This document shows positions 24,485 to 36,734 of a DNA stretch of 64,000 nucleotides, piece after piece. Location: assembly GCA_035084275.1 (NCBI GenBank), contig CM068748.1, forward strand, positions 9,424,001 through 9,488,000, written 5' to 3'. The DNA comes from Hydrolagus colliei. Lineage: Eukaryota. Each line of letters starts with the position of its first letter. The stretch's first letter is position 1. A program made the translations under genes and the position numbers. Below the pieces are notes generated by a model. That model made no database searches, was not told where the DNA came from, and saw only the letters and a list, made by a program, of their open reading frames with translations.

Positions 24485-25098
24485 ATTTATTGCATTTGAT
24501 TTAACGCTTTTCACGTCTTCTAGACGTCTCAAAACGCTTCGCAGAATACACTGTCCAGTGAAGTGACTGTGTAGATGGAGTCCTGTAGCTCAGTGGTTAG
24601 AGCACTCGCCTTACCAGCGAGAGACCTGGGTTAAATTTCAAGCAGGACGAAACCCTAGGCAAGTTTCCTTACTCCATGTGCCTGATATTAATCCCTCAGA
24701 CAAAAAATAAATAAATTGGTCATTTCAATCCACGACTGTTTGTGGGAAACTGCTGCGCACAATTGACTGTTGCGTTTCGCCCACATATATACGGACAATT
24801 CACTTTATAGAGTATTCTGTGAAGCGCTTTAAGACATCTGGAAGATGCGAAAAGCGCTATTTCAAATGCAAGGATTATTATTATTATTCTTATTATATGT
24901 GGGTGAAACGCAGCAGCCAATTGTGCACAGCAGCATCCCACAAACAGTCCTGGATTGAAATGACCAATTTATTATTGTTTTGTTTTCAGGGATTTTTATT
25001 AGGCGTGTGGAGTAAGGAAACTTGGCCAAGGTTTCACCCTGCCCAGAATTGAACCCAATTCTCTCACTTGTAAGGCGAGTGCTCTAACCACCAAGCTA
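24485..25098 (-). mobile_element. SINE family A (minus) split by an inserted plus-strand copy
   Basis: The tail half (24485-24575) and the core plus head (24896-25098) join into one continuous consensus once 24576-24895 is removed. Confidence 0.82.
24576..24895 (+). mobile_element. Full-length SINE family A
   Basis: tggagtcctgtagctcagtggttagagcactcgcc head through to aaatgcaaggattattattattatt tail. Confidence 0.92.
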
Positions 25099-25159
25099 TT
25101 TTTATTATCAAAATAAACTTCAGTCTCAAAATGTACGGAGGCCTTATACAAGTGTATCA

Positions 25160-25495
25160 ATGTTGAAGGTGTAGGGTTCAAGCCCAGCATTGGGACTTTG
25201 AGATCACACTCTTAGCCACGGTCCAGTGCAGTATTCGGACAATTATTGTCCTATTAAATGTACATTTAATATAATGTTAGGCTGAGGTCTTATCTGACCA
25301 CTCAGGTGGATGTAAAAGACACTGTAACACTCTTTGTGACGAGAAGACTTGTTTCTTCCAGTGTCCTGTACAGCAATGGCCCAGATAAAATTGGTCTCTC
25401 TTTGTGAGGCAATGTGGTGCACAAATACTCTTGACAGCAATAACTGTGATGTGCTTTGAGATGTTTTGACGCTCTAGGTAGTACTGTATATATTT
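25160..25495 (+). mobile_element. Degenerate Deu-domain SINE
   Basis: gaaggtgtagggttcaagccc head; ctcaggtggatgtaaaaga Deu core; gtgctttgagatg tail. Confidence 0.65.
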
Positions 25496-25609
25496 ATTAC
25501 AAAGGGCAAATAAACCTTCAGCAATATCTTTAGGTACACCAAGGCCAAGGCAGCAGGAGAAGAAGGCACATGTTCAAGGTTGTGAAGAACAATTTTTGGA
25601 CAGGCATCA

Positions 25610-25850
25610 GCAATGTCTCACAAACTGCCATGGAGTGCGTGACCAATTTTATTTTGGGCAAATGTTGGCCAGGACACCAAGAGAAACTCCCTTATTTTTT
25701 CAAATAGTGCCAAAGGATCTTAAACATCCACTTGCACAGGTTTTTGGGGACTTCAGTTAAGTCTCACCCAAACGACTGCACCTCGGACAAGGCAACACAC
25801 CCCCAGATCTGCATTGGGCTATGACCCGTTAGACTATGTGATTCCAAGTT
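25610..25850 (-). mobile_element. Deu-domain SINE fragment
   Basis: ttggccaggacaccaagagaaactccc...tcaaatagtgccaaaggatcttaaacatccac is the reverse complement of the Deu core. Confidence 0.72.
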
Positions 25851-26305
25851 CAAAGTAAACACTGGAAATGGGTTACTGGAAGGGTAGTTGAAGCCAGGAC
25901 ACAGTGAACAAGCCTTGGCCTGGCAGAGATTGCACATTCTTGCAACTAAGCAATGAGTTGTTCCTGAGACTGTTAGGATTGATTATGCATTTCTGAGACT
26001 GTACATGATACCAAGCATAATAATTTAATGACCGAGCATGCTACTGATACTGTAACAGCAACACCAATTTGTATTTAAGTAGCGCATCTCACAAAGGGCA
26101 GTGTCCTGGAGCGTTTGACAGTGGCGGAGCACGGCGCCAAGCCGGACGGGGGAGGTGACCATAGACAAGTTTGAAGAGGAAGTACTTGAGGCTTGACTAT
26201 AAGGACTGAGTATGGGGTGAAATGCTCGGAGACACCGCCCGGCATAGTGGGCACTATATAAATGTGAGTTGTTGTTAGTGGTGGTGATTATGGATATGGA
26301 TTTAT

Positions 26306-26648
26306 CTGTGGTTGCTCAGTAGTTTGAGCACTCGTTCTTGCAAGCGAGAGACCTAGGTTTGATTCCAGGCAGGAGAAAACCTTGGCCATGTTTCCTTACG
26401 CCACACACTTGATAATAATCCTTCAAATAAATAACACACAACAATAAATTGGGTCTTTTCCAATCCCCCGGCTGTTTGTGGGACACTGCTGTGCGCAATC
26501 GGCTGCCACGTTTCGTCCACAAATGTACGGCCACATTCACTCTCCAGCATATTCTGTGAAGGGCTTCGAGATGTCTTGAAGATGTGATTCAGTGCTATAT
26601 TAAATGCCAGGATCATTATTATTACTGTGTTATTATTATTCATATTAT
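26306..26648 (+). mobile_element. Full-length SINE family A
   Basis: gctcagtagtttgagcactcg...ggtttgattcc head; gctgtttgtgggacactgctgtgcgcaatcggctgcc core; (tta)n tail. Confidence 0.88.
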
Positions 26649-26779
26649 GAGGATGGATTCCCATCCGCAATCAGTCCTCTGCCCTCCCATCCCTCCCCCC
26701 TTTCCCCCCCCCAAGCTCCCCACCTCCCTCCCCTCCCTACACTAACAAGTGTCTCCCCAGACCCCCCCCCCCCCTCCCC

Positions 26780-27802
26780 CAGTCTGATTGATCTCCACTC
26801 AACAGTGCGCGTCTCCGTCTGCTCGTCCCCGCGCCGTGCGCGCTCCCGCCTAGTGGCTGCAGGGAGAAAAGAGAGAAAAAAAAACCCTCTTTATTACAAC
26901 TCCTGGCTTACGTCACGCCGCAGGCTGTTACAGATAGATATAGACACTGAAACACACACACAGAGAAAAGACGAGACATTTCGCTGACATTAATAAAAAA
27001 TATATCATTGTCATTATCATCAGAGAAGGGGAGCTGGGGGGGGGGGGGGGTGTGGGGGGGGGGGGGAGGGTAATGAAGGGTCTCTCACCCCCCCCCCTCA
27101 CCCCCAACCCCGCCACCACCCCGGGGATAGGGCTAGGGAGAGACTCACCGACACCTCTCTCTCGGTTCGTGTGGGTGGGTGAGGGTGAGAGGGGGGGACA
27201 GGGGATAGGACAGGGCGCCAATTGCATTGAGAAATCAGGGCATGAGACTGAGAGAGTGAGTGAATGAGAGAGAGAGTGAGTGAGTGAATGAGAGAGAGAG
27301 TGAGTGAGTGAATGAGTGAGTGAGTGAGTGAGCTTGCACATTGTCTGTCATTCGGAGCAAAATCCACACGACTCGAGACAAGATTCCCGAGGCAGAGGCT
27401 CTCTCTCTCTCTCGCTCGTTCTCTCTCTCACACACACACACACACATACATACATACACATATATGCACAGTGTGGTGGAGGGTGGGGAGCCGAGAGGGA
27501 GGGAGTCAGAGAGCCAGGCAACACTCAGTCCTCCCGGTGGCCGGTGAATATCAAGGCGCTGAGATCGACTTGGGTCGAAGTGGGAAGCGGCGGAGAGAAT
27601 TGGATTTCATATATTGGAGGGTTTGTTTGAGGAGGGTTTGCTTGTGTGTTTGGTTGGTTGGTTGGTTGGTGGGTTGGTTGTGTGGAGTGTGTGTGTGTGT
27701 ATGTGTGTGTGTGTGAAAGCTCCGCTCTGCCAGGACCTGATAAATTCATTCAAGCCAACTTTGGAGGAGAATGTAGACTTCAATCAATTCACAAGCGGCG
27801 AT
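26780..27802 (+). promoter_or_regulatory. ARID5B: ARID5B proximal promoter / 5' UTR region (TSS not determinable)
   Basis: CpG-rich, with a CRE-like TTACGTCA (~26908), G/C runs and (GAGT)n, (CT)n, (CA)n, (TTGG)n, (GT)n microsatellites directly upstream of the start codon. Confidence 0.6.
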
Positions 27803-27823
27803 ATGGAGACGAACTCAATCAAG
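27803..27823 (+). CDS. ARID5B: ARID5B coding exon 1
   Basis: gcgatATGG Kozak context; METNSIK|gtatta (human MEPNSLQ as recalled); 21 nt, phase 0, in frame with exon 2. Confidence 0.88.
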
Positions 27824-27974
27824 GTATTATTTATTCGCTGCTGCTGCTGCTGTTTCTCACACACACATATATATATATATATTTAACTGTCACTATTTCG
27901 CATCCAGATCCGATCTCGCATTTGTACCGTTTAACCTACTCTTGTAAATTCTAACGAGCTGCGAGATATAGCTA

Positions 27975-28006
<32 letters not shown>

Positions 28007-28177
28007 TATATATATATTTATTTATGTGTAATGTGTCAAGTTCTTGCGGGGTGAGCCCAGAAAGAAACATATCTCGAAACATGTTCTATTTTCTTGTTAA
28101 GTCAAGTTTAGTTGAATTGTTGTTTTTCTTTTAAAAAAAAAAAAATTTTGGAACAAAAAAAAAATTCCTTCACAGCC

Positions 28178-28226
28178 TGTCAGTCAGTCAGTCAGTCAGT
28201 CAGCCAGTCAGTCAGTCAGTCAGTCA
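28178..28226 (+). repeat. (CAGT)n tetranucleotide microsatellite in ARID5B intron 1
   Basis: About 12 tcag units with one ccag interruption. Confidence 0.9.
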
Positions 28227-28294
28227 AATCAAGTTCAACATTTTTTGATAAGATGTTTATTTATTTAATTTATTTTTAATTTTTTTTTCTGTAG

Positions 28295-28549
28295 TGGGTT
28301 GGCTCTCCGTGTGGTTTACACGGACCCTACATTTTCTACAAAGCTTTCAAATTCAATCTGGAAGGCAGACCAAGAATTTTGTCTCTTGGCGACTTTTTCT
28401 TTGTAAGATGTAAGCCAGAAGATCCGATTTGCATAGCAGAACTCCAGCTGTTGTGGGAAGAAAGAAATAACAATCAACTTTTGTCGAGTTCCAAACTTTA
28501 TTTTCTTCCTGAAGATACACCCCAACGAAGGGCAGTCGACCACGGAGAG
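28295..28549 (+). CDS. ARID5B: ARID5B coding exon 2 (BAH-like region)
   Basis: tttttctgtag|TGG...GAG|gtgatg; 255 nt. Translates WVGSPCGLHGPYIFYKAFKFNLEGRPRILSLGDFFFVRCKPEDPICIAELQLLWEERNNNQLLSSSKLYFLPEDTPQRRAVDHGE, near-identical to the vertebrate ARID5B N-terminus. Confidence 0.97.
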
Positions 28550-31500
28550 GTGATGACCCCTGTTTTTTTGTTCTGTTTTTAACTTTACTTCTCATATTTT
28601 TATAAAATATACATATATCATATATATATATCTATCTATCTATCTATATAGCTGTTTTGATGAAATTTGACCCGTATCGTCGTCGTGTTGATAATATTAA
28701 TAACGCTAATAATTAAGATAATGTCATGTCTTTTTTGTTTTTGTCTTGGGAGATCATTATATGGAAGCGGTTTGTGCTTCAAAGCAAAAGTAAATATTTA
28801 AGATGTGTGCACATACTGTAAGGTGAATGGGGAGGTGTGGGGGGGATGTTTGTTTTTGACATGGGGGTGATGGAGTGGGAGGAGGGTGGGGGTGGGGGAG
28901 GGAGAGATATTTTGGTAAATGTTTTGCTTGTAGTTTGATTGGGTATTTGTGGTGCTTTTCTGAAGCGCTTGTGTGATTTAAAATATCTGATGTGTATGTA
29001 GAAGAGAGAGAGAGGGGGGGGGGGGGGGGGAGGAGGGAGTGGAGGAGAGAGAGAGAAAGAGAGAGAGGGCGGAAATTACGAAATGGAGCCGAATGAGATC
29101 AAAGCTATTGCAGAATGCGTGTAACTAGGTGAACAGCGACAGGTACAATGGGGAAATGCGAAAAAAAATGAATATTCTTCACACACAAGAGCATTATGTT
29201 CGCAAGGGCATCATGTTATGCAACACAGCACCGGCTCGATGGCTTTTTTTAAAAAAAAATCTTAAAACATGTGATGTATGTGTGTGTGTGAGTGTGTGTG
29301 TGTGTGTCTCTTAACAGTATGTAATGAAAAGCGATTCTTTCCATATAAACATCCAAGCGGCAAGATTGAGAAAGAGAGAGAGAGAGAGGGAGAAAAATAA
29401 TATAGATCGTGCCAAGGAAACTAGCCTCACTCAATTTTCCATGCAATGACGCAAATATTTAAACAACTTTTTTTTTAACATTCTGATTCTGTTACCATAT
29501 AAATACAAAAAGGGGATGGGAGGGGGGGGGGGAGCTTGTTTCGTCTAAAATATGCTCTGCAGTTCAGTAGCGATGTGTATGTATGTGTGTGTGTGTGTGT
29601 GTGTATGTGTGTGTGTGTATGTGTGTGAAATCGGTGATTAATAATTACGTGGTGGAAGTGATTTAACACGACCTGAATGCAATTGTTCTGGATTTCGAAA
29701 AAAAAACACCCTGTATTTTACAGTACATGTGATACGAGCGAAACCTGCTGATCCCTGTATGGATTGTAAACACTCCAGGCGATCAGTTTGCTAATGAAAA
29801 CAGCTCTTGTCTGCACGATGGAGTTAATTGTGCATTCTCAAAAGCCGGCGTGTCAAATTACCTTTTCATATCTGCAACAGGTTTAGAGGCAGTTTTAAGC
29901 CCTCTCTCATATCAATTCCTTTCTGAAAGCCCTCGCAGAAAGATTTGCAAACCCCAGTGTTACTGGTAAAATCCGAGGTGGGGGAATAAAAGTATTGGCT
30001 ACTCTCGACTCCTTTGCATGTCGACAATAAGCGCTAAATACACTAACTAATAAAGACGGTTGAAAACATTTAGTGACCTCTCTCCCACAGAGTTCTGTTT
30101 CCCCTCCCCCTGTCTAACTTTTCCTGTGCAGCTGTCTCTCCCCCTCCCCCGCCTCCTGCCTTATTATTTGCTTTTGAAATTCATTACTTACGCAGTTACT
30201 GATCTGAAAAACAGAATTAACTCCTAACCATCACAGATCCAGACTTTTGCCTGCAAAATATTTCTCTCTCCCCCCCCCCCCACCCCACTCTCCCCCCCCC
30301 CCCCACTAATTTATTGTGAATGGTAAATTATTTATGAATGTCATCATTTTAAAAATGTTGACATGAATTTATCTTTCATCCACTAGTTTAACCTTTCAAG
30401 TTTAACCTTTCAATTGTGTGTGTGTTAAATATATATATAATTTTAATAATCTTCCCCCCCTCCCACCCCCCCCAAGTTATTCATCAGTTGACTTGGATGC
30501 TCCCGTTTATTCAGCCACACTAACTGTATTAAGTCAGACTGTGACCTTTCATCGCAGAGGAAACCAAGCGTAAGTTTATTTCGGGGGCGGGAAGAGTCAA
30601 GTTTTAAGAATACTGTTCTACAGAAATCGCAGTGACTCACAACAAATAAACGCTGATCTGCTCTTTACGATATTCTAATTCAAGGGCAAAGGTGGTCTGT
30701 TAATTATTAGCCTCTGGATATTAGTGGGTCTTTTTTTTTGGGGGGGGCTGCAAGAAATGCTAATACCATTTGCTGATTTATTTATTCATTCATTCATTCA
30801 TCCCACGCCACAAGTTTTGCTCTCATTGACAAACCCTTAAAAACTTATGCAAATGATTGGTGTAATCAACAATAACACACAAATAAAAGAGAGAGAGAGA
30901 GAGAGAGAGATGATGTTTGAGGCAGGTTGTAGTTTCCAGATGCTGGTCTATTTCACGCCCGGTGATGTCATTTCCCCTCTGGCCAGAGTTAGTCATTCAT
31001 TAGCTGAACGGCAGCAGAAACAGCAACAAGCGCACACAGTGATCCTGGCCTGGCTTAGTGCCCAGAGAAACTAACACCAACATCCAGCCACCAGCCAGCC
31101 AGCCCAATACCACAATCCCATTAATAAATGTGCTACGCTGGCTGTTGTCACATATTAATAGACATACCGTATACATACATATCCCTTGTCAAGAGTTTCT
31201 AGCCATCGCCTTCCATTTGTGTTGTTTTTTCTCCCTCTGTCTCTCTCTCAGGTTGCATTCCTCTTCATTTTGCACGGATTTATTATTCATGTACAATATT
31301 GCTGTGTGTGTGTGTATGTGTGTGTTGGGGGGGGGGGGGGGGTAGGGGGAATGCTGCTGGTGGTGGTGGGGAAAGGGAGGGAAATATCTTATAAATGAAG
31401 TGGTCTATTATTGTCCTTTAATCTTTGAATACCAAACAGTTGAAGTTCTCATGTGAAATCAATTGTAAATTTAACAACATGCATTCCAGTTGGAACAACA

Positions 31501-31912
31501 CATGATGCCAAACATGTATGGACTCTGTACTGTACACAATGCATTCCTTTTAATATTTGGCTAGTAGATCACAATAGTTGCATTCATTTGAAATGTCCTC
31601 TCTGCAGGAATTCTATGCACACATTGGGAGTAGTTAAAAAAAACATTGTATTATTATTGCTTAGGTTAATTGATATGCAAGAACAAAACAGGTTTTGGAT
31701 TTGTAAATGGAAGAGCATGGGTCAATATTTGCATTTTATAATCGTGAAACGATTTGAAAACAATAATCTTTCAACAGATTTCCAACATTAATTCATTTTG
31801 CTGCTCTGTTTATTAGTTTCTCAATTACAAAGCATATGTCATTTAAAGTAGGGGAAAAAAACAATTTGTCCTAATTGGGCCAGACCATAAATAGTTCAAA
31901 CAACTTTGGAAC

Positions 31913-32956
31913 AGTGAAACTATCATAAATGCAGTAACTCAAGGTATGTTAAAATATCTTTTCAGTCCAAGGATAGTTAGAAGAAATGATGACATGAATA
32001 TCAATGTGGTGCAATCACTTTGTTAATGTTTTACATCTATATCCCAGCTTTCCCCCTCACTTTACAAAGAAGGCCAATGTCTTCCTACAAATCTGCTACT
32101 TTGCCATTCCTGAAATTGCCATCATTGCCATCCTTCTTTAGGTTGTTACACTTTAATTCACGGGCCAGTACCACATTCTCTCCTCATAGCATTGCAGTCT
32201 CTTCCCAAGATTATTATTCTTCATTGAAAACAATGGTACTTAAAGCTGAAATGTGATCAGCACCTCTTGTGGAGGTGTTGATTTTTGAGAAATTAGACCA
32301 CTTATTTCAGCTATTATAACATTGTATATTATATTCTTCAATTTTGACCCAAAGGGTTTTAACCTAAACCATCACAAAAAATTCCCTCCCCGCTTTAAAC
32401 TCTTATCTACGTTGCAGTGCTGTACTGTGAGTCATAAGATGCTAATTGCACCCACATATTAAAAGTGGTATAATGCAGTTATAATAAGAATAACATATTC
32501 CTAGCAGAATGAGTACATTGTACTTCATCGTCATTACGCAGTAAATTAATGTTCCCGGCCTCTGGAGGGTCACACGTATTAATGAACACAATTATGTAAA
32601 TTTGATTAACAAATACAGTAAGCACAATTGTTAACAAATTTTTAATTTTACATTTCTGAATCTCACAAGCACTGCTGATATTAAGATCAGCATTATGCTT
32701 TTTCATTTATTGTAATGTCAGCTGTTTTCAAGAGGAACATCAAAACTGCAATATGCTTTTCCCAAGAGTAATTTGTCTATTTCAAAATTCAAGTTCAGCA
32801 AAACAGTAACTTTGGAAAAATAAGTGATGTAAAGTGAAACAGTCATAAATGCAGTAACTCGAGGTATGTTAAAATAACTTTTCAGTCCAAGGATAGTTAG
32901 AAGAAATGATGACATGAATATAAATGCAGTGCAATCACTTTGTTAATGTTTTACAT
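31913..32956 (+). repeat. Direct repeat pair of 124 bp (31913-32036 and 32833-32956), ~94% identical
   Basis: Ungapped alignment by eye with about 7 mismatches; period 920 bp. Confidence 0.92.
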
Positions 32957-35900
32957 TTTTAAACAAGGCTTCAAGAGGCACAAGCAAATGGATGCCTGGG
33001 AATGAAATTAACATGTACTCAAAATGCATTCCCAGTTCTACTGTTGGCATGTCTACTTTAAAAAGATTGATAATCTTGTTTTTTTAGAATATTTTAAAAT
33101 GATTGTTTGTTCGGGGGGAAGAAAGAGAATAAACTCAAGAGTTAGTGCCAAGCCTCCCCGACTGCTTTAAATTAGGTTCCAGTAATCCAGTTAACAAATA
33201 CTCATAAACCATTCTTCCCTAAAATAGTATTGTGGACTGAATGGTAGAGCTCCAATTACATTTTGCAGTTCATTGCTAACTTTAACAATGAAATAACTGG
33301 GTTGCAAAGGTTACAGAGTGTTCTCTTAGAGGACAACACTACAGAAGATTGGTTCAAATTTCCCCTGGCTGTGATCCAGAAAGTATTATGGTTTCTGGCA
33401 AGATTGCATGTTTGCATTTGAAGGTGCCAGGGCTATAGGTGGTCAGTGTGAAGGATTTTATTTTCCAGTTTTTATTTTGTTACTGTACAAGCCAAATTTC
33501 CAAATTGAAAATGGAACATTGGTGTTGCAGTGATAGTTGTGGTAATACAAGCAATCTTATCAGGTTTGAATTGCTTACCTAATCAAATTAGGCTGTAAAC
33601 AAGAAGCCACAGGATACAACTAACAAACATCAACATGAATTTGTTAAAACAAAACTCTGCGGTGTGAGATTCAGTACATTGTTGTGAAATAAAGGCCCCA
33701 TGTACATTGACAACTTGTGAGAAACAAAGTTAATAATGTAAAATACTATCTGATATCCAAATAGTGACCATATTGCTATATTGTCAAAATGAATATAATT
33801 TTTCAGCAAATTTAAAGAATGGTTCAAATAATAGAAATCCTGATTGTCAATCGTCTTACATAATTTCATTCTAATGTGTAACAAGACATAACTTTTTTGA
33901 GATACAGCATTAGCAACTATTATATGCTAATAATAGTTGTTAATGCTGTTATGTGCTAATAATTAAGGTAATTTTATTATTGAAGCCAGTGTGGACAGAA
34001 TTGTTGGTAATAGTAACACTTATTGGAGGATGACAATTCATTAAATTAATATATTTTAAAGTTTAAAATTCCCATTCGCCTTGTTTGGTTTACATAATAT
34101 TTATAGTGTTTGATGTTAATTGCGTCTTAAGTCTAATGTAGATGCAAAACTCTTGCTGATTTGAAATTCTTCCGTTCATTAAGGACATAGAACCAAATTG
34201 GAAAATCTGCAAATCAGGCAATAATTTGTTTTCTTAAGAACATATATTACTAGATAGTCATTTCCATAAAGTCTTTTTTTTAATTCCTGTAGGCATCATT
34301 TCTCATGTTGCTAGGTCAGTAATTCAATAGACAGCAAAGCAGGTGTACTAATCTGTTTTGACCTGAGGAATTCTTTCTTTGACCTCATGAAGCAACAGAC
34401 TGAAACATTCTCAGCATGACAGATTTTCTTTCTATGGTAGCCGTTTTATCAAAGGGCTGAATAGGCCAAACCGTACATTAACTAAAACTATTATATGGAT
34501 GGGCACATACAATTTCATTGTTAACTGTGAACAGCACTTTACTGTATAGTTATCAAGCATTTTGTGTTATAGGTGGTTTCCTGTAATATGATTGCCAGAA
34601 AATTATACATTATAGTAAAGTATTACTCTTTTGCTGTCCCTTTAAGTGGATATTGGGTACTTTGAACAAATAATGAAAATGCACTTCATTGATCTTCAAT
34701 ATTGTTTATGTGTGACTAAGATAGGTTTAATGTGCTTGTTACATAGAGCAGTCTCCTTAATCTTTGTTCTCGAGATTTACAACCACTAATAAATCTTAAG
34801 AATATGTGGAAGCTCGGTTACATCTGTTTTCTTCCTTTTAACCCCAAACAATATTCTAAATTAGGAACTTTGAATATGATAAAGACAAATACAGATTTGG
34901 GGAGTGAAATACTTTAGTGATAGAATCATGTAGTAAATTTAGTCATTGTTGGAAATAGAGTGTTTATACAAGCATCTGGAAATTCTGGCAGAAAAGTTGA
35001 TTTGATGAACTTGGGCAAGTGAGTGTTTTCACCTTCTCATATTACAAGCTAAAGCATTGCTGCCTACACAACTAGCAGATGTACTCATCAAGGCAGTAAG
35101 CATGAAACAGAACTGAAACAAATTATAAAACCAGCAGACAACAAAAGAATCAAAATGGATATTGAAACTTGCAAATGTCTTTTATCTTTGGCATGTGTGT
35201 TGCAAATCAAACTTTATTCCACAAACCTTTTTTCTGTAAGCCAATATGAGCAACACATTAACCTTTAATGTTAAAGATATGTAGTAATCCTTGCATTTGA
35301 TTAAATAAGTAATAATTATTCGTAAAGTTCTAATTATGAATTTAGTTGCATTCTTTGTATCAGATTCTTATTTAATCTGCATTGATACATGTTAAATGCA
35401 TCACTACAGTGTAATCTCATAATGAAAAAAAAATCTGTTTTTCTTGGGAGGAAACTGAAAGAATTGTTAGAATTTGATACGTTTTAAAAGAAACTCTATT
35501 GGGCATCCATTATTGTGCTTTGAATATAATGGAAATGTGGATTAACCCTTTGAGGTGATGTACTCTTTCAACTGACAGTTGTAAAATGGACTGACAGTTG
35601 AGCATTAGCATTACACAGATCATGTTTTCATTAATTATATTTGAACTCTCCCATCTTAAATGTCTTTTGTAAAGTGTTGTCCTAGTTTGTTTATTCACCC
35701 AGGGTAAATGAAGTGTGGTTTAGAAACTACAATTCCATCTGTTAAACAGTGTATGTGATTAGATTTTCAGGGCAGCCCAAACAATGAAAATCATTTAGTA
35801 AAGTACCTTTAAAATATTTTCAAAACAATCACTTCAGCAGCAAATTGGTTCAATACATTGGTAGCCCAGTGTTACAGGTGATATTGACACTGTCTCATCT

Positions 35901-36499
35901 CTGCAATAATTCACCCATTGAAATTCTGGAGGAAGTCTGCAACAGAGGACAAACACCACCTAAGTAACACTGAAGGGAAACTCATTCTGACCCACACTAA
36001 TACACACTTCCTAACAGCATATTAGATTAGTGTGCGTGAGGAGGAGGTGGGGAACTGAAAAATTCTGGGTAGCAGGTTGCATACGATTTTCTCATGTGGA
36101 GATTAAGAGAGTCAAAGTTGACGAGACAAAATAAATTTTAAATATGTAAAATATTCAAGATTGAGCTCAATTATAATGCTCATCACAGTGCAAAAAACTG
36201 CCAATATTTGCTACCAGAGTTATCAAGGAGGGGTGGCCAATTGGGTAAGGTACCTGATGACCAGTGAGAACCAGAAAAAGTTGGGACTCCTGAGAGGAGG
36301 AAGGCGAAAGAAAAGAACTAAAAATCATCAAATTATTCCAACTTCCAAAAGTGTACTTGCCTTTATTAAAATTTGAAGTGCCACAACAAGTAGTACATTG
36401 AAAATGAGATTGTCTGAAGGTAAAAGATAGTGTTATGTATTGTGAAGAATCAGCAGGGTCATGTTGCTTTTGCTTTGTTGTCCTGCGTATTGTTTACAG

Positions 36500-36734
36500 G
36501 ATGAAGTTGTGGCTGTTTCAGAGAAAGTAGTTGTGAAGCTGGATGACCTGCTGAAATGGGCGTGCTCAGATTTCAGCACATGGACACGGGGCCTTGGGGC
36601 TGTGCCACTGAAATCCACAAAGAGAAAAGAGCTGGAGATGAATGGACAAAAGGAAGCCCTCCATCACTACAGGCAATGTACCCTCAACATGGGCCTCAAT
36701 TTCAAGGATGTGTTAAAAGAAAAGGCTGACCTCG
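36500..36734 (+). CDS. ARID5B: ARID5B coding exon 3
   Basis: tgtttacag|GAT...CTC G|gtaatt; 235 nt, phase 0/1. Translates DEVVAVSEKVVVKLDDLLKW...NGQKEALHHYRQCTLNMGLNFKDVLKEKADL. Confidence 0.96.

Noticed and set aside
24576-24650. tRNA-like sequence with A and B boxes (also at 9649, 26306 and ~44100)
   Set aside because: SINE heads continuous with SINE body and tail; no intact cloverleaf or terminator.
26604-27954. Dense overlapping ORFs upstream of ARID5B
   Set aside because: Low-complexity translations (THSL, CV, poly-P/G) of microsatellites. Only METNSIK is supported as coding.
31985-32115. Box C motif ATGATGA in the duplicated segment as a possible C/D snoRNA pair
   Set aside because: No box D (CTGA) or terminal stem is shared by the two copies.
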